Numbered from the stretch's first letter, positions 9,464 to 20,731 are shown. The stretch: 64,000 nucleotides of DNA from an uncultured Christensenella sp. (GCA_910578765.1 CAJTRW010000001.1:3386-67385); one strand, 5' to 3'. Notes: generated by a model from the letters alone, not told the origin. Translations and numbers: made by a program.

Positions 9464-10831
9464 TTATTTAAGGAAACCCTTATAATTCTTCATCATCAGC
9501 TGCGATTCGAGCTGCTTGTCGAGTTCGAGCGCAACAGAAACCACTATCAATATACCGGTCGTAGAGAATACGGAAAGAAGCGCGGTATCCGTGCCGAGGT
9601 TCAAGCTTGTGACTATCATTGAAAGGATAGAGGGTATGAATGCAACCAGCGACAGATAAATCGCTCCGAAAAGCGTAATTCTGTTCGATATCTTTTTAAG
9701 ATAATCCGCAGTGGGCTTGCCGGGTCTGAAACCCTGTATAAAGCCGCCGTTTTGCTGAATTGTTTTTGAAACGTCCTCCGGATTGAACTGCATAGACTGG
9801 TAGAAGAACGCAAATGCAAATATCAAAGCGCACAGCACTACCATGTAAATTAGCTGTCCGTACCAATAGGGTGACGAGCCGGAGAACCAGTTTGTTATGC
9901 CGGTTGCCGCGCCGCTGTCGGGCCAGAACAGACTTATTATCATCTGGGGGAACGAAATTATCGCGAATGCGAAGATGAGAGGCATAACGCCGGAGCCGGA
10001 AATTCTTATGGGAATTACCGACGACTGACCGCCGTACATTCTTCTTCCCTTGACCTGCTTTGCGTATTGTACGGGTACCCTCCTTTCCGAAAGGTCGACC
10101 GCGACAATTGCAATAAACTCCAAAACAGTCAGTATTACGAAGCCCAAAACCTCCCAAAGAACCGAAGGGGTTCCGGTAAACGCCGTAACGAATTTATCAA
10201 CGATGGTAAGTCCCGCAGTGGAGAGAATACCTATGAAAATTATAAGCGAAATACCGTTGGAAATTCCGTACTCCGTAATTCTTTCGCCTATCCACATGAC
10301 GAGCATTGCGCCCGCGGTATACACAACCGTAAGGAAAATGCCCGCAAGCCACTTTGCGCCCGTATCGCTTATGGCGCCTATCGCGCCGCCGCCGAACAGT
10401 GCAAGCTTTAAAGAGCCGCTTTGGATACCGAAGTTTACGACTATACCGACAGCCTGCGCTACGGCAAGCACTATCGTTACGTAACGCGTAATCTGCGCTA
10501 TCTTCTTCCTGCCCTCCTCGCCCTGCTTGGAAAGCCTTTCAAGCGCGGGGATACCTACGGTCAGAAGCTGCAGAATAATCGAAGCGTTGATATAAGGGCT
10601 TATACCGAGGGCGAACAGCGTGGCGTTTTGCAACGAACCGCCGGTGATGTCCGACAGAATTTCAAGGAAGGAATAGCTTCCGTTGGTAATATAGTCTTTA
10701 AAAGTTTCGACGGTTATGCCGGGTACCGGAATATAACAACCCAGTCTGAAAACAAGGAGGAGAGCAAGGGTTATCCAGATCTTCTTTCTTATTTCCTTAA
10801 CCTTAAAACAATTTTTTATTGTTTGAAACAT
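9464..10831 (-). CDS. secY: Preprotein translocase subunit SecY
   Basis: 455 aa, multipass membrane protein. LFALGI.PYI.ASII.QLL and the operon position are consistent. Confidence 0.96.
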   Translation of the reverse strand: MFQTIKNCFKVKEIRKKIWITLALLLVFRLGCYIPVPGITVETFKDYITNGSYSFLEILSDITGGSLQNATLFALGISPYINASIILQLLTVGIPALERLSKQGEEGRKKIAQITRYVTIVLAVAQAVGIVVNFGIQSGSLKLALFGGGAIGAISDTGAKWLAGIFLTVVYTAGAMLVMWIGERITEYGISNGISLIIFIGILSTAGLTIVDKFVTAFTGTPSVLWEVLGFVILTVLEFIAIVAVDLSERRVPVQYAKQVKGRRMYGGQSSVIPIRISGSGVMPLIFAFAIISFPQMIISLFWPDSGAATGITNWFSGSSPYWYGQLIYMVVLCALIFAFAFFYQSMQFNPEDVSKTIQQNGGFIQGFRPGKPTADYLKKISNRITLFGAIYLSLVAFIPSILSMIVTSLNLGTDTALLSVFSTTGILIVVSVALELDKQLESQLMMKNYKGFLK

Positions 10832-10894
10832 AAATAATCTCCTCGCGCGGAAGCTTTATAAAAAGCGCCGCGGCGGTTTCGGGTTTTAATTGCG

Positions 10895-11344
10895 TTATCC
10901 GACTATTTCGCAGGTGCCGCCGGCTTTTTCTATCGCGGCCTTGGCACTTTCGGAAAATTTTGCCGCCTTTACGGTGAGAGCGACCTTTAACTCGCCCGTG
11001 CCGAGGACTTTAAGTCCCGCGGAATTTTTTACGTCTTTGGCGAGATTGTTTTCTTCAACGTAAGCGAAGTCGACAACGGTGCCCTTTGCAAGCTTTTCAA
11101 GCTGGCTGAGATTTATTATCGTATAGTGCGTAGCCCACTTGTTGTGGAATCCGCGTTTGGGTATACGCCTTGCGAGAGGCATCTGACCGCCTTCGAACCC
11201 GGGACGTACGCCGCCGCCGGAACGCGCCCACTGACCTTTATGTCCTTTACAGGACGTCTTGCCGTGACCGGAGCCTATGCCTCTGCCGAGTCTTTTTACG
11301 CGGGAGGTGGAGCCTTCCGCGGGCGATAAAGTATCTATTCTCAT
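10895..11344 (-). CDS. rplO: 50S ribosomal protein L15
   Basis: 149 aa. RVGRGIGSGHGKTS..GHKGQ.ARSGG is present. Confidence 0.96.
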   Translation of the reverse strand: MRIDTLSPAEGSTSRVKRLGRGIGSGHGKTSCKGHKGQWARSGGGVRPGFEGGQMPLARRIPKRGFHNKWATHYTIINLSQLEKLAKGTVVDFAYVEENNLAKDVKNSAGLKVLGTGELKVALTVKAAKFSESAKAAIEKAGGTCEIVG

Positions 11345-11348
11345 AACT

Positions 11349-11525
11349 TTACTCTCCCTTTTCTACTTTCAGAAGATATCCCGCTTTCTTGACCTGACCG
11401 AGAACGGCGGGTGATTCTTCAAAGGTTTTAGTCTGACCTATTTTTTTGAGACCCAATGCCTCAACGGTGGCCTTGACCGTTTTTGTTTCGTTAGAAACGC
11501 TTTTAATTAAAGTAACCTTAATCAT
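11349..11525 (-). CDS. rpmD: 50S ribosomal protein L30 (absent from the ORF track because it is under 60 aa)
   Basis: Hand translation gives MIKVTLIKSVSNETKTVKATVEALGLKKIGQTKTFEESPAVLGQVKKAGYLLKVEKGE, 58 aa. It lies between rpsE and rplO. Confidence 0.92.
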   Translation of the reverse strand: MIKVTLIKSVSNETKTVKATVEALGLKKIGQTKTFEESPAVLGQVKKAGYLLKVEKGE

Positions 11526-11537
11526 ACCCGTCCTCCG

Positions 11538-12074
11538 TTATACAGTCAAATCTTCCACGTTTTTGCCGCGCGCGTTCGCAACGTCCTCGGGGGACATAAG
11601 CTCGAACAGACCGCAAATAGCGGCTTTAACGCAGTTTATGGGATTGGAAGTACCGTGAGATTTCGTTCTTACGTCCTTAACGCCTGCCGCTTCCATAACC
11701 GCACGTACGGGGCCGCCGGCGATAACGCCGGTACCTTCGGACGCAGGCATCATGAGGACGGAGCCCCTGCCGAACGTGCCGAGCACGGTATGAGGAATGG
11801 AAGTGCCTTTAAGGCAAACCTTGCGCATGTTTTTCTTTGCCTGTGCGTTGGCTTTTTCGATAGCTTCGGGAACTTCCTTGGATTTACCCATTCCGTATCC
11901 TACCGAGCCTTTGCCGTCGCCGACAACCACAAGCGCCGCGAAGCGCATGTTTCTGCCGCCCTTTACGGTTTTGGTAACTCTGTTAACCTGAATGAGTTTT
12001 TTGATTAAGCCGTCGTCTTCCTGCTGTCTTCTTCTGTTATCTTTTCTTGCAGGTCTTTCTTTCTTTTCTTCCAT
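11538..12074 (-). CDS. rpsE: 30S ribosomal protein S5
   Basis: 178 aa. [27 protein letters not shown] is present. Confidence 0.97.
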   Translation of the reverse strand: MEEKKERPARKDNRRRQQEDDGLIKKLIQVNRVTKTVKGGRNMRFAALVVVGDGKGSVGYGMGKSKEVPEAIEKANAQAKKNMRKVCLKGTSIPHTVLGTFGRGSVLMMPASEGTGVIAGGPVRAVMEAAGVKDVRTKSHGTSNPINCVKAAICGLFELMSPEDVANARGKNVEDLTV

Positions 12075-12084
12075 AATAAGCTCC

Positions 12085-12453
12085 TTAGAAATTGAGTCCG
12101 GCTTCTCTCGCGCCGTCCGCTACCGCCTGAACACGACCCGTATAAAGGTATCCGCCCCTGTCGAAAACAACCTGTTTAACGCCGTTTTTGAGCGCCTTTT
12201 CCGCAACCGCCTTGCCTACAACCTTAGCCGCGTCGGTCTTGGTCATGTCCTTTACGGCAGACTTAACGTCCTTTTCCATTGTGGAAGCGGAACAAAGCGT
12301 TACGCCTTTCGTATCGTCGATAACCTGAACGTAAATATGGTTAAGACTTCTGTAAACGCTGAGTCTGGGCGTTTCCGCCGTTCCGAAAATCTTTTTCCTG
12401 ACTCTCGCGTGGCGGCGCTGCCTTTCCTTATTTTTATCTATCTTATTAATCAT
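12085..12453 (-). CDS. rplR: 50S ribosomal protein L18
   Basis: 122 aa. [11 protein letters not shown]...PRL.VYRS..HIY.Q.IDD and FDRGGY.Y.GR are present. Confidence 0.97.
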   Translation of the reverse strand: MINKIDKNKERQRRHARVRKKIFGTAETPRLSVYRSLNHIYVQVIDDTKGVTLCSASTMEKDVKSAVKDMTKTDAAKVVGKAVAEKALKNGVKQVVFDRGGYLYTGRVQAVADGAREAGLNF

Positions 12454-12466
12454 ATTTTTTTACCTC

Positions 12467-13015
12467 TTACTTCTTACCCTTGCCGCCGGTCTTGCCTTCC
12501 TTGCGCTCGATTACTTCGTCGCTGTAAGCGATGCCGTAGCCGTGGTAAGGTTCGGGTACTCTGAGTTCGCGGATATTCGCGGCGGTCTGACCGACAAGAT
12601 TTTTGTCTATGCCGGAAACCACTATTTCGTTGGGGCCGGGACATTCAAGCTTTACGCCGTTGGGCTCGGGGAAGTCTACGGGGTGCGAGAAGCCGATATT
12701 GAGAACGACTTTGTTGCCCTGTTTTGCAACCTTCCAGCCGACTCCGTTTACTTTAAGCGTTTTTTTGTATCCTTCCGTCACGCCCACAACCATGTTGTGT
12801 AAAAGCGCGCGGTAGAGTCCGTGTTTCGCGTCGGCGCCTTCTTTGTCTGCGGTTTTGATTACGTGCGCTTCCGCGCCCTCAACCTTAATATCTATATCGC
12901 CGACTACATTTTGCGTAAGCGTTCCCTTCGCACCTTTTACGGTCAGAAGTCCGTTTTCAAACGTTATCGTAACGCCTGCGGGAACCGCTACGGGTAATTT
13001 ACCTATTCTCGACAT
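12467..13015 (-). CDS. rplF: 50S ribosomal protein L6
   Basis: 182 aa. The MSRIGK.P start and PEPYKG-like VPEPYHGYGI are present. Confidence 0.97.
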   Translation of the reverse strand: MSRIGKLPVAVPAGVTITFENGLLTVKGAKGTLTQNVVGDIDIKVEGAEAHVIKTADKEGADAKHGLYRALLHNMVVGVTEGYKKTLKVNGVGWKVAKQGNKVVLNIGFSHPVDFPEPNGVKLECPGPNEIVVSGIDKNLVGQTAANIRELRVPEPYHGYGIAYSDEVIERKEGKTGGKGKK

Positions 13016-13030
13016 ATTTAAATTACCTCC

Positions 13031-13423
13031 TTACCAGACGTAGCAAAGCACTTCGCCGCCAACGTTTGCGGCTTTTGCCTGCCTGTCCGTCATTATTCCT
13101 TTGTTTGTGGAAAGTATTGCAACGCCAAGTCCGTTAAGAACCTTCGGCATATCTTCCACGCCGGAATAAGACCTGAGTCCGGGCTTGGATACCCGCTTTA
13201 ATCCGTTTATTACCGAACGTTTTTTGCCGATATATTTAAGCGTGATGACAAGCTTACCGTTGTAACCGTCTTCTTCGGTCTTTACGTCGGAAACGTATCC
13301 CTCGGCAAGCAATATGTCCGCAATTGCTTTCTTCATGTTGGATGAGGGAACCTCAACCGTGTCTTTATTTACCATTATCGCATTTCTGATGCGTGTGAGC
13401 ATATCCGCTATAGGGTCTGTCAT
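13031..13423 (-). CDS. rpsH: 30S ribosomal protein S8
   Basis: 130 aa. [15 protein letters not shown] and the GGE.LCYVW end are present. Confidence 0.97.
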   Translation of the reverse strand: MTDPIADMLTRIRNAIMVNKDTVEVPSSNMKKAIADILLAEGYVSDVKTEEDGYNGKLVITLKYIGKKRSVINGLKRVSKPGLRSYSGVEDMPKVLNGLGVAILSTNKGIMTDRQAKAANVGGEVLCYVW

Positions 13424-13440
13424 AACTTATTACCTCCGTC

Positions 13441-13626
13441 TTACCAACTCGATTTCTTTACGCCGGGGATTTGTCCCTTGTAAGCAAGGTTTCTGAAACA
13501 GATACGGCATACTCCGTACTTTCTGAGAACCGCGTGCGGTCTGCCGCAAATGGAGCATCTCGTATACGCCCTCGTGGAGTATTTAGCAGGCTTTTGCTGC
13601 TTATTTATCATTGCTTTCTTTGCCAT
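13441..13626 (-). CDS. rpsN: 30S ribosomal protein S14 type Z (zinc form)
   Basis: 61 aa. [22 protein letters not shown] and the C-terminal KSSW are present. Confidence 0.96.
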   Translation of the reverse strand: MAKKAMINKQQKPAKYSTRAYTRCSICGRPHAVLRKYGVCRICFRNLAYKGQIPGVKKSSW

Positions 13627-13636
13627 AATTCTCTCC

Positions 13637-14200
13637 TTACTTCTTGAAGGGCATACCCAGCGCCCTTAAAAGCTCTCTCGCTTCTTCGTCCGTTTTAGCG
13701 GTAGTAACGAAGCAAATGTCCATACCTCTTATCTTTTCAACCTGATCGTACTGGATTTCGGGGAAGATAAGCTGTTCCTTGACGCCCATGCAATAATTGC
13801 CTTTGCCGTCGAACGCTTCGGGAGAAACGCCGCGGAAGTCGCGCACACGGGGCAAAGCGATTGAAACGAACTTGTCGTAGAATTCGTACATCATCTTGCC
13901 GCGAAGCGTAACTTTAAGTCCTATCGTCATGCCCTCGCGCAGTTTGAAGTTTGCTACGGATTTTTTCGCTTTGCAGAGGACGGGCTGCTGACCCGCAATC
14001 TGTTTAAGCTCGTTCTGCGCCATCTGAATGGATTTCGCGTTGTCCTTTATGTCGCCCAGTCCCGAGCTTATTACTATCTTGACAAGCTTGGGAACCTGCA
14101 TAGGGTTATTGTAACCGAATTTTTTGATAAGGGCGGGGACTGCTTCCTTTTCGTAAGCTTCGCATACTCTGGAATTATAAACTTTTTCTTTCTTAGCCAT
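13637..14200 (-). CDS. rplE: 50S ribosomal protein L5
   Basis: 187 aa. [11 protein letters not shown] and DGKGNY..G..EQ.IFPEI are present. Confidence 0.97.
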   Translation of the reverse strand: MAKKEKVYNSRVCEAYEKEAVPALIKKFGYNNPMQVPKLVKIVISSGLGDIKDNAKSIQMAQNELKQIAGQQPVLCKAKKSVANFKLREGMTIGLKVTLRGKMMYEFYDKFVSIALPRVRDFRGVSPEAFDGKGNYCMGVKEQLIFPEIQYDQVEKIRGMDICFVTTAKTDEEARELLRALGMPFKK

Positions 14201-14211
14201 TTTTCCGCTCC

Positions 14212-14646
14212 TTACTCTGCCTTATCGCCGTCGGGTGTTTCCGGCGTCGTTTCGGCTTCTTCTTTCTTGGCGCGCTTTCTTACGCGCTTCTTGGGTTCTT
14301 CTTTCTTGGCGCTCTTTGCAGCCTTGCCGCCGTAAGCTTTATCGAGTACCGCGCCGCATTTGGGGCAGACCCTTACTTTCTTTTCGCCTTCCAAACCGTG
14401 CTTTACGCGGATTGCTTTATCGCAGGAGGGGCATACCACCATTACGTTGGAAACGTCAATGGGACCCTCAACGCTTACTATGGAAGAAACTTCGTTCGCC
14501 CTTCTCGCTTTCTTGGCTTTTTTGTGAATATTCACGCCTTCTACGGTTACCGTTGCGCTTTTGGGAGACGCGGCAATTACCTTGCCCTGCTTGCCCGCAT
14601 ACTTACCGGTGATAACCAAAACATTATCATTCAATTTTACGTTCAT
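14212..14646 (-). CDS. rplX: 50S ribosomal protein L24 with a CxxC-x18-CxxC ribbon and a ~40-aa K/E-rich C-terminal tail
   Basis: 144 aa. KOW core [13 protein letters not shown] is present. CPSC...CPKC is followed by [29 protein letters not shown]. Confidence 0.9.
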   Translation of the reverse strand: MNVKLNDNVLVITGKYAGKQGKVIAASPKSATVTVEGVNIHKKAKKARRANEVSSIVSVEGPIDVSNVMVVCPSCDKAIRVKHGLEGEKKVRVCPKCGAVLDKAYGGKAAKSAKKEEPKKRVRKRAKKEEAETTPETPDGDKAE

Positions 14647-14662
14647 AGCTTTATCTCCTTAA

Positions 14663-15031
14663 TTACAGAACCTCGGGCGCGAGAGAAATTATCTTCATGT
14701 AGTTTTTCTCTCTCAGCTCTCTTGCAATCGGTCCGAAGATACGCGTTCCGCGCGGCTCCTGATTGTTGCCGATTATAACCGCGGCATTGTCGTCGAACCT
14801 GATGTATGTGCCGTCCTCGCGCCTGATTCCTTTGGCGCTGCGCACTATTACCGCCTTGACTACCTCGCCCTTCTTGACCGCGCCGCCGGGGTTTGCGGTC
14901 TTAACCGAGCATACGATAACGTCGCCTATGTTTGCGGTCTTTCTGAAAGACCCGCCTAACACCTTAATACACATAAGCTCTTTCGCGCCGCTGTTGTCCG
15001 CGGCTTTGAGCCTTGTCTGGGGTTGTATCAT
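14663..15031 (-). CDS. rplN: 50S ribosomal protein L14
   Basis: 122 aa. The MIQ..T.L..ADNSGAK start and the GPIARELR end are present. Confidence 0.97.
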   Translation of the reverse strand: MIQPQTRLKAADNSGAKELMCIKVLGGSFRKTANIGDVIVCSVKTANPGGAVKKGEVVKAVIVRSAKGIRREDGTYIRFDDNAAVIIGNNQEPRGTRIFGPIARELREKNYMKIISLAPEVL

Positions 15032-15279
15032 AAAAACTCTCCTATTTTTGAACTTACAACTTTATTTACGCAGAGGATTGCGCCGCGTGCACATAAGCGA
15101 AGTGAGTGTTCCGCTCTCCATTACGCGCCGTCAAACAATCTTGCCGTTATTTGCCTATATTCGGTTTTGAATATACAAGCAAAACGGAGCGCGAGCAATT
15201 GCGCGGGGCGTACAAGACGTACGCGGCCCGATCAAAGCCCAAACACAACAACGTTTTGCGAAGTACGTACAAAGCCGGA

Positions 15280-15537
15280 TTATTTTGCCTTCTCGACGAC
15301 TTCCGCCACGCGCCAGTTTTTATCCTTAGACAGCTTGCGCGTTTCCACTATCCTTACCGTGTCGCCCTCGCCGCACTCGTTTTTCTCGTCGTGCGCCTTA
15401 AAACGCGTGGTCTTGGTTATGGTCTTTTTATAAAGAGGATGCTTTGCCTTTTCGGTTACGGCTACTACGACCGTTTTATCCATTTTGTCCGAAACGACTA
15501 TTCCTACTCTTTCCTTTCTGAGGTTTCTTTCTTCCAT
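15280..15537 (-). CDS. rpsQ: 30S ribosomal protein S17
   Basis: 85 aa. [13 protein letters not shown] and K.W.V...V.KA are present. Confidence 0.96.
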   Translation of the reverse strand: MEERNLRKERVGIVVSDKMDKTVVVAVTEKAKHPLYKKTITKTTRFKAHDEKNECGEGDTVRIVETRKLSKDKNWRVAEVVEKAK

Positions 15538-15547
15538 TAGATACTCC

Positions 15548-15751
15548 TTACGCCTTTAACTGTCTTGCGCGGATAACCGTATTGACGCGCGCGATATCCT
15601 TTTTTACAAGGTTTATCGACAGGGGGTTTTCAAGCTGTCCGCTTGCATGGCGGAAACGAAGATTGAAAAGCTCGGTCTTAAGCTCTTTGAGCTTTGCGTC
15701 GAGTTCTTCGTCGCTTAAATTGACTATTTCCTTAGCTTTCATTGGCTTCAC
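15548..15751 (-). CDS. rpmC: 50S ribosomal protein L29
   Basis: 67 aa. The sequence EL...L.ELK.ELFNLRF is present. Confidence 0.93.
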   Translation of the reverse strand: MKPMKAKEIVNLSDEELDAKLKELKTELFNLRFRHASGQLENPLSINLVKKDIARVNTVIRARQLKA

Positions 15752-16166
15752 CGCCTTCGGTTTCTTTCTTTACGAATTTGCACTTAATGGGAAGCTTGTG
15801 GCTGGCAAGGCGCATAGCCTCTCTTGCCACGTCCTCAGCAACGCCCGCCATTTCGAACATTACTCTGCCGGGTTTTACTATAGCTACCCAATATTCAACC
15901 GCGCCTTTACCGGAACCCATACGGGATTCCGCGGGGTGCTTTGTTATAGGCTTGTGGGGGAAAATGTCTATCCAGACCTTTCCGCCTCTCTTTATGAATC
16001 TCGTCATTGCTACACGGGCGGCTTCTATCTGGCGGGAGGTAATCCTTGCGGGCTCCTCCGCGACAAGACCGTACTCGCCGTAAGCAATTTTATTGCCTTT
16101 CTGCGCGGAGCCTTTTATCTTGCCCCTGTGCTGTCTTCTTCTTTTAACTCTCTTGGGGATTAACAT
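15732..16166 (-). CDS. rplP: 50S ribosomal protein L16
   Basis: 144 aa. The [12 protein letters not shown] start is present. Confidence 0.97.
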   Translation of the reverse strand: MLIPKRVKRRRQHRGKIKGSAQKGNKIAYGEYGLVAEEPARITSRQIEAARVAMTRFIKRGGKVWIDIFPHKPITKHPAESRMGSGKGAVEYWVAIVKPGRVMFEMAGVAEDVAREAMRLASHKLPIKCKFVKKETEGGEANES

Positions 16167-16167
16167 T

Positions 16168-16839
16168 TTACTCTTCTCCTCCGTCCGAGATCGTCAGCTT
16201 CTTCGTAGCGTCAAGCACTTCGCCTTTGTAAATCCAGCACTTGATGCCGAGCACGCCGAAAGTGGTATGCGCTTCCGCGAAGCCGTAATCTATTTCCGCA
16301 CGTATGGTCTGAAGGGGAATGGAACCGTCGTGATAGCTTTCGCTTCCTGCGATTTCCCTGCCGTCAAGCCTGCCGCTGACGGTTATTTTAACGCCCTTTA
16401 CGCCGGTCTTTGCAACCTTTGCAATCTGCTGTTTTACAGCCCTTCTGTAAGATACGCGCTTTTCAAGCTGGGAAGCTACCGCCTCCGCAACAAGCTGTGC
16501 GTCCTGGTCGATTTTTTCGACCTTTCTGACGTTGATTATTATTGCCTTGCCTTTCGTAAGCTTGGAAAGGTCTTTCTTAATTACCTCTATCTCGGAGCCG
16601 GCTTTGCCGATAAGCACGCCGGGACGCCCCGTATAGATGCCTATTTCGACCTTGTTGGCCGCCCTTATGATAGTAATTTTGCTGATAGCTGCGTCATAAT
16701 ACTTTTTCTTGATAAAGGTACGGATATCGCTGTCCTCTTTGAGGTTGGTAGCGAAAGTTTTCTTATCCGCGTACCACTGGGTATCCCAAGGGGTTATTAT
16801 GCCGACTCTTAAACCGTGAGGATTAACTTTTTGTCCCAT
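16168..16839 (-). CDS. rpsC: 30S ribosomal protein S3
   Basis: 223 aa. MGQKVNP.GLR start, KH domain and GRL.G.EIA are present. Confidence 0.97.
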   Translation of the reverse strand: MGQKVNPHGLRVGIITPWDTQWYADKKTFATNLKEDSDIRTFIKKKYYDAAISKITIIRAANKVEIGIYTGRPGVLIGKAGSEIEVIKKDLSKLTKGKAIIINVRKVEKIDQDAQLVAEAVASQLEKRVSYRRAVKQQIAKVAKTGVKGVKITVSGRLDGREIAGSESYHDGSIPLQTIRAEIDYGFAEAHTTFGVLGIKCWIYKGEVLDATKKLTISDGGEE

Positions 16840-16849
16840 ATTCTTCTCC

Positions 16850-17239
16850 TTAAACCTTCTTCGCGTCGAGTATTACGGTAACGTGGCTCGTTCTCTTTAA
16901 AATCGCATGTCCGCGCCCCTTGGAAACGGGTTGCATTCTTTTTAAATGAGGTCCGCCGTTTGCGAACGCCTCCGCTACTATAAGATCGCTTCTGTCCATG
17001 CCCTTGTTATGCTCTGCATTGGCTGCCGCAGACAACAGCACTTTCTTTACTTCGTCGCTGCCGCCCTTGTTGCAATAAGTGAGTATCGCCTCGGCTTCGT
17101 CTACGGATTTACCGCGGATAAGCGCGAGCACCGTGCGCACTTTGTAAGGGGACAGTCTGAGATATTTTGCCGTTGCGTAAGGACGCTTATCCCCGTTGGC
17201 GGCAATTCTTTCTACCTTTTTATTCATATTGCTTGCCAT
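16850..17239 (-). CDS. rplV: 50S ribosomal protein L22
   Basis: 129 aa. R.SP.K.R.V..LIRGK.V.EA..IL is present. Confidence 0.95.
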   Translation of the reverse strand: MASNMNKKVERIAANGDKRPYATAKYLRLSPYKVRTVLALIRGKSVDEAEAILTYCNKGGSDEVKKVLLSAAANAEHNKGMDRSDLIVAEAFANGGPHLKRMQPVSKGRGHAILKRTSHVTVILDAKKV

Positions 17240-17250
17240 AATAGTACTCC

Positions 17251-17523
17251 TTACTTCTTGGCGGTTTTAGCCGCGTGCCCCTTGAACGTTCTGGTGGGGG
17301 CAAACTCGCCGAGCTTGCAACCTACCATATCTTCGGTTATATATACGGGAACGTGCTTTCTTCCGTCGTAAACCGCTATAGTGTGTCCGACCATCTGGGG
17401 GAATATCGTTGTCGCGCGCGACCAGGTTTTAACAACCTTCTTCTCGCCGGCAGCGTTCATCGCCTCGATTCTTGCCATAAGTCTACCTTCGGCATAAGGG
17501 CCTTTTTTAACGCTTCTTGACAT
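17251..17523 (-). CDS. rpsS: 30S ribosomal protein S19
   Basis: 90 aa. SRS.KKGP start, TWSR..TI.P..VGHTI.VY.G and [12 protein letters not shown] are present. Confidence 0.97.
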   Translation of the reverse strand: MSRSVKKGPYAEGRLMARIEAMNAAGEKKVVKTWSRATTIFPQMVGHTIAVYDGRKHVPVYITEDMVGCKLGEFAPTRTFKGHAAKTAKK

Positions 17524-17536
17524 TGTCTATTCCTCC

Positions 17537-18364
17537 TTAATTGATTCTCTTTAATATGAATTTGGAAGTGGGGTTCTTCTTCTTTCTCGTCTTATAGCCG
17601 AGCGCAGGCTTGCCCCAAGGGGTCATAGGACCTGCATGGCCGACGGGCGATTTGCCCTCGCCGCCGCCGTGAGGGTGGTCGTTGGGGTTCATGACCGCGC
17701 CGCGGACGGTGGGCTTAATGCCGAGGTGACGGGTCTTGCCGGCTTTGCCGACGCGGATAATCTCATGCTCGAGATTGCCGACCTGACCTATCGTCGCTTT
17801 GCACGTTACGGGAATGAGTCTCATTTCACCGGAAGGCATTTTGATTGTGGCGTAAGCGCCTTCTTTTGCCATTATCTGCGCGGAGATGCCCGCAGACCTT
17901 GCAATCTGCGCGCCCCTGCCGGGCTTCATTTCTATCGCGTGGACGACCGTACCTACGGGGATATCCGCAAGAGCAAGCGCGTTGCCCGCTTTGATGTCCG
18001 CGCCGGAACCCGATACGACCTTATCGCCTACGTTAAGACCTACGGGAGCGAGAATGTATCTCTTTTCGCCGTCCGCATAAGCGAGGAGAGCTATGTGCGC
18101 AGACCTGTTGGGGTCGTACTGAATGCTCTTGACCGTCGCGGGGATACCGTCCTTATTGCGCTTGAAATCTATTATTCTGTATTTGATTCTGTTGCCGCCG
18201 CCGATGTGACGTACGGTTATTTTGCCCTGATTATTTCTTCCGCCCGACTTGCGCTTATCGTGAAGCAAGCTTCTTTCGGGTTTGTCGCCCGAAAGCTCCG
18301 TATACGCGCTGACCGTCATGAAACGGCGTGCGGGGGAGGTCGGTTTATACCTTTTTACTGCCAT
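17537..18364 (-). CDS. rplB: 50S ribosomal protein L2
   Basis: 275 aa. GGG....YR.IDFKR and [11 protein letters not shown] are present. Confidence 0.98.
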   Translation of the reverse strand: MAVKRYKPTSPARRFMTVSAYTELSGDKPERSLLHDKRKSGGRNNQGKITVRHIGGGNRIKYRIIDFKRNKDGIPATVKSIQYDPNRSAHIALLAYADGEKRYILAPVGLNVGDKVVSGSGADIKAGNALALADIPVGTVVHAIEMKPGRGAQIARSAGISAQIMAKEGAYATIKMPSGEMRLIPVTCKATIGQVGNLEHEIIRVGKAGKTRHLGIKPTVRGAVMNPNDHPHGGGEGKSPVGHAGPMTPWGKPALGYKTRKKKNPTSKFILKRIN

Positions 18365-18376
18365 TTTCTTTTCTCC

Positions 18377-18667
18377 TTACGATAACGAGTTGAAGAATTC
18401 AATCGCCTTGGAATCGGCTGTAAGCTGGACGATTGCTTTCTTGTAGTCGGGTGTGTAACCTTCGTTTCTGCCCATGCGCTTCAACTTGCCTTTGCAGTTT
18501 ACCGTGTTGACGCTGTCTACTCTTACGTTGAAAAGCTTTTCAACCGCAAGCTTTATCTGGGTTTTGTTTGCCGATTTGGCTACTATGAAAGTATACTTTT
18601 TATCGGCTATGCCGTCGTATCCCTTTTCCGTGAGGAGGGGTTTTAAAATTATATCTTCGGCTACCAT
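18377..18667 (-). CDS. rplW: 50S ribosomal protein L23
   Basis: 96 aa. Y.F.V...ANK..IK.AVE..F.V.V..VNT is present. Confidence 0.95.
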   Translation of the reverse strand: MVAEDIILKPLLTEKGYDGIADKKYTFIVAKSANKTQIKLAVEKLFNVRVDSVNTVNCKGKLKRMGRNEGYTPDYKKAIVQLTADSKAIEFFNSLS

Positions 18668-19293
18668 TATTCTCCGTAGACCTCCTCTATTTTCTTGACC
18701 GCTTCTTTGGTAAGAACGACCTTATTGTTCGCAACCACTTCATACGCGGAAATCTGCGCTACGGGAAGCGTTCCGAAATTTTCTATGTTCTGCGCGGCGC
18801 GTATAACCTTTACGTCGTCGTTATCCATAAATACTATCGCGCTTTTGTCAAGCTTCAAGGCTTTTTGGAAAGCGACCATCTCTTTGGTCTTGCCGTCCTT
18901 AACCTCCAACTTGTCCACAACCAGAAGTTCTCCGTCCGCAACTTTTTTGGAAAGAGCGGAAACAAGCGCGGCGATTTTCGCCTTCTTGTTCATATCTTTG
19001 GAAAAATCGCGGCTTTTGGGTGCGAACACAACGCCGCCCTTATTCCACTGGGGCGCCCTTATAGAGCCCTGACGCGCGTTGCCCGTGCCCTTCTGTCTCC
19101 AAGGCTTTCTTCCGCCGCCGCGCACTTCCGTGCGGGTGAGAGTGGATTTGGTTCCCTGTCTTTCGTTTGCGAGACGGGTAACGACCGCCTGGTGTATGAG
19201 AGCTTCGTTGTATTCCGCGCCGAATACTTTTTCGCTTAAATCTATCGTGCCGGCCTCTTTGCCGTCCATCTTATAAACTTTTATATTAGGCAT
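18667..19293 (-). CDS. rplD: 50S ribosomal protein L4
   Basis: 208 aa. T..R.EV.GGG.KPW.QKGTG.AR.GS.R.P.W..GG..F.P is present. Confidence 0.97.
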   Translation of the reverse strand: MPNIKVYKMDGKEAGTIDLSEKVFGAEYNEALIHQAVVTRLANERQGTKSTLTRTEVRGGGRKPWRQKGTGNARQGSIRAPQWNKGGVVFAPKSRDFSKDMNKKAKIAALVSALSKKVADGELLVVDKLEVKDGKTKEMVAFQKALKLDKSAIVFMDNDDVKVIRAAQNIENFGTLPVAQISAYEVVANNKVVLTKEAVKKIEEVYGE

Positions 19294-19304
19294 CTTGATA
19301 CTCC

Positions 19305-19934
19305 TTATTTAACGGTGTCGTTTATGGTAACGACGCTGCCGTTCGCGCCGGGAACCGAGCCCTTTACGAGAATGCAGTTTCTTTCAACGTCGACGCGCAC
19401 GATTTCCAAATTCTGAACGGTGACGTTTTCAACGCCGTACTGTCCCGCGAGACGCTTATTCTTGAAAACCCTCGAAGGCGAGCTGTTCGCACCCATGGAG
19501 CCGGGCTCTCTGTGTACGGGGCCGACGCCGTGCGTTTCTTTCAGTCTGTGCTGGTTCCATCTTTTGATGACGCCCGTATAACCGTGACCCTTGGTCACCC
19601 CGTGTACGTCCACCCTGTCGCCCACGGTGAAAACGTCCGCCTTGATTTCTTTTCCGACTTCGTATGACGATAAATCGTCAAGCCTGAATTCCTTCAAGAC
19701 TTTGCAGGGCTTAACGCCCGCTTTTTTGAACTGACCGAGTTCGGGTTTCGTCAACGCTTTTTCCTTTGCCTCGTCGAAGCCGAGCTTCAAAGCGCAGTAA
19801 CCGTCTTTTTCCGCAGTCTTGATTTGGACAACGGGGCAGGGACCTGCCTCTATTACGGTTACGGGAATTACTTTTCCCTCCGGCGTAAATATCTGGGTCA
19901 TACCCGCTTTACGTCCGATGATTGCTTTATTCAT
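19305..19934 (-). CDS. rplC: 50S ribosomal protein L3
   Basis: 209 aa. G.K.GMTQIF and GKG..G..KRW are present. Confidence 0.97.
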   Translation of the reverse strand: MNKAIIGRKAGMTQIFTPEGKVIPVTVIEAGPCPVVQIKTAEKDGYCALKLGFDEAKEKALTKPELGQFKKAGVKPCKVLKEFRLDDLSSYEVGKEIKADVFTVGDRVDVHGVTKGHGYTGVIKRWNQHRLKETHGVGPVHREPGSMGANSSPSRVFKNKRLAGQYGVENVTVQNLEIVRVDVERNCILVKGSVPGANGSVVTINDTVK

Positions 19935-20058
19935 TGATAAAGTTCTCCTTTCCTTATATTATATATTTCTCGGATACCGCGCGCCGCCGTCCCGCCGTTG
20001 CCGTCGTCTGCTTTACGTAGAGTATCCATAAATAAGCTTAATTACTTTGCTTTAACCG

Positions 20059-20358
20059 TTAAAGCTTTATCTTGATATCTACGCCCGCGGGAAGATGAAC
20101 GGTGTCCAAAAGCTTAGCGTTGGGGGTATAGATGTCTATAATCCTTTTATAAGTTCTCTGTTCGAACTGTTCGCGGCTGTCCTTGTATTTGTGGGGAGAG
20201 CGGAGAATAGTAACAATCTCCCTCTCGGTGGGAAGGGGAACGGGTCCCGAAATTTTAGCGCCGCTCTTTTTCATGGTTTCGACTATGCGCGAAGCCGCCA
20301 AGTCTACCAATTCGTGGTCGTATGCCGCAAGTTTAATTCTTATTTTCTGTCCTGCCAT
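20059..20358 (-). CDS. rpsJ: 30S ribosomal protein S10
   Basis: 99 aa. KIRIKL.AYDH..VD and GP.PLPT...V.T.LRSPH..K.SREQFE.RT.KR.I are present. Confidence 0.97.
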   Translation of the reverse strand: MAGQKIRIKLAAYDHELVDLAASRIVETMKKSGAKISGPVPLPTEREIVTILRSPHKYKDSREQFEQRTYKRIIDIYTPNAKLLDTVHLPAGVDIKIKL

Positions 20359-20600
20359 TTGTGTTGCTCCTTTTTATACTAACATTTTACGGCGTGTCAA
20401 CTTATCCGTGTGTATCGCGCTTTTTGAAATTAAAAAACACCGTTTTAAGGGCGTTTAAAAGGTAAAGCCGCGGTTAGTCGCAGAAGTCTTGCTTCTACAT
20501 TTGTCGGCGCAAATTATCTGTCGCTTCCGGCTTGAAAATCGGGCGTTTTACAGTAACTTTACGCTTCATCCCATACGCACATTATTTTACACGCTTGACT

Positions 20601-20629
20601 ATTATATTAAATAATGCAACAAAAGTCAA
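20601..20629 (-). promoter_or_regulatory. S10 superoperon promoter, TTGACT-17 nt-TATAAT, leaving a ~240-nt leader
   Basis: Minus-strand reading is ccgTTGACTtttgttgcattatttaaTATAATagtc. The -10 lies at 20606-20601 and the -35 at 20629-20624. Confidence 0.7.
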
Positions 20630-20731
20630 CGGATTTTTATTACTTTTTTTCATAAATTTGCATATTTTTTATAACCGCGGCATGACGGAAACAACAACGC
20701 CGCGCGTAAATCTACGCGCGGCGGCAAATTT

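Noticed and set aside
4171-20382. Dozens of 60-250-aa track ORFs antisense to, or out of frame with, the ribosomal protein genes (for example 4744-5355, 10050-10484, 16093-16812, 17636-18385).
   Set aside because: Each lies entirely within a strongly supported ribosomal, secY or rpoA gene. They lack an RBS and have low-complexity translations, so they are chance open frames in GC-balanced coding DNA.
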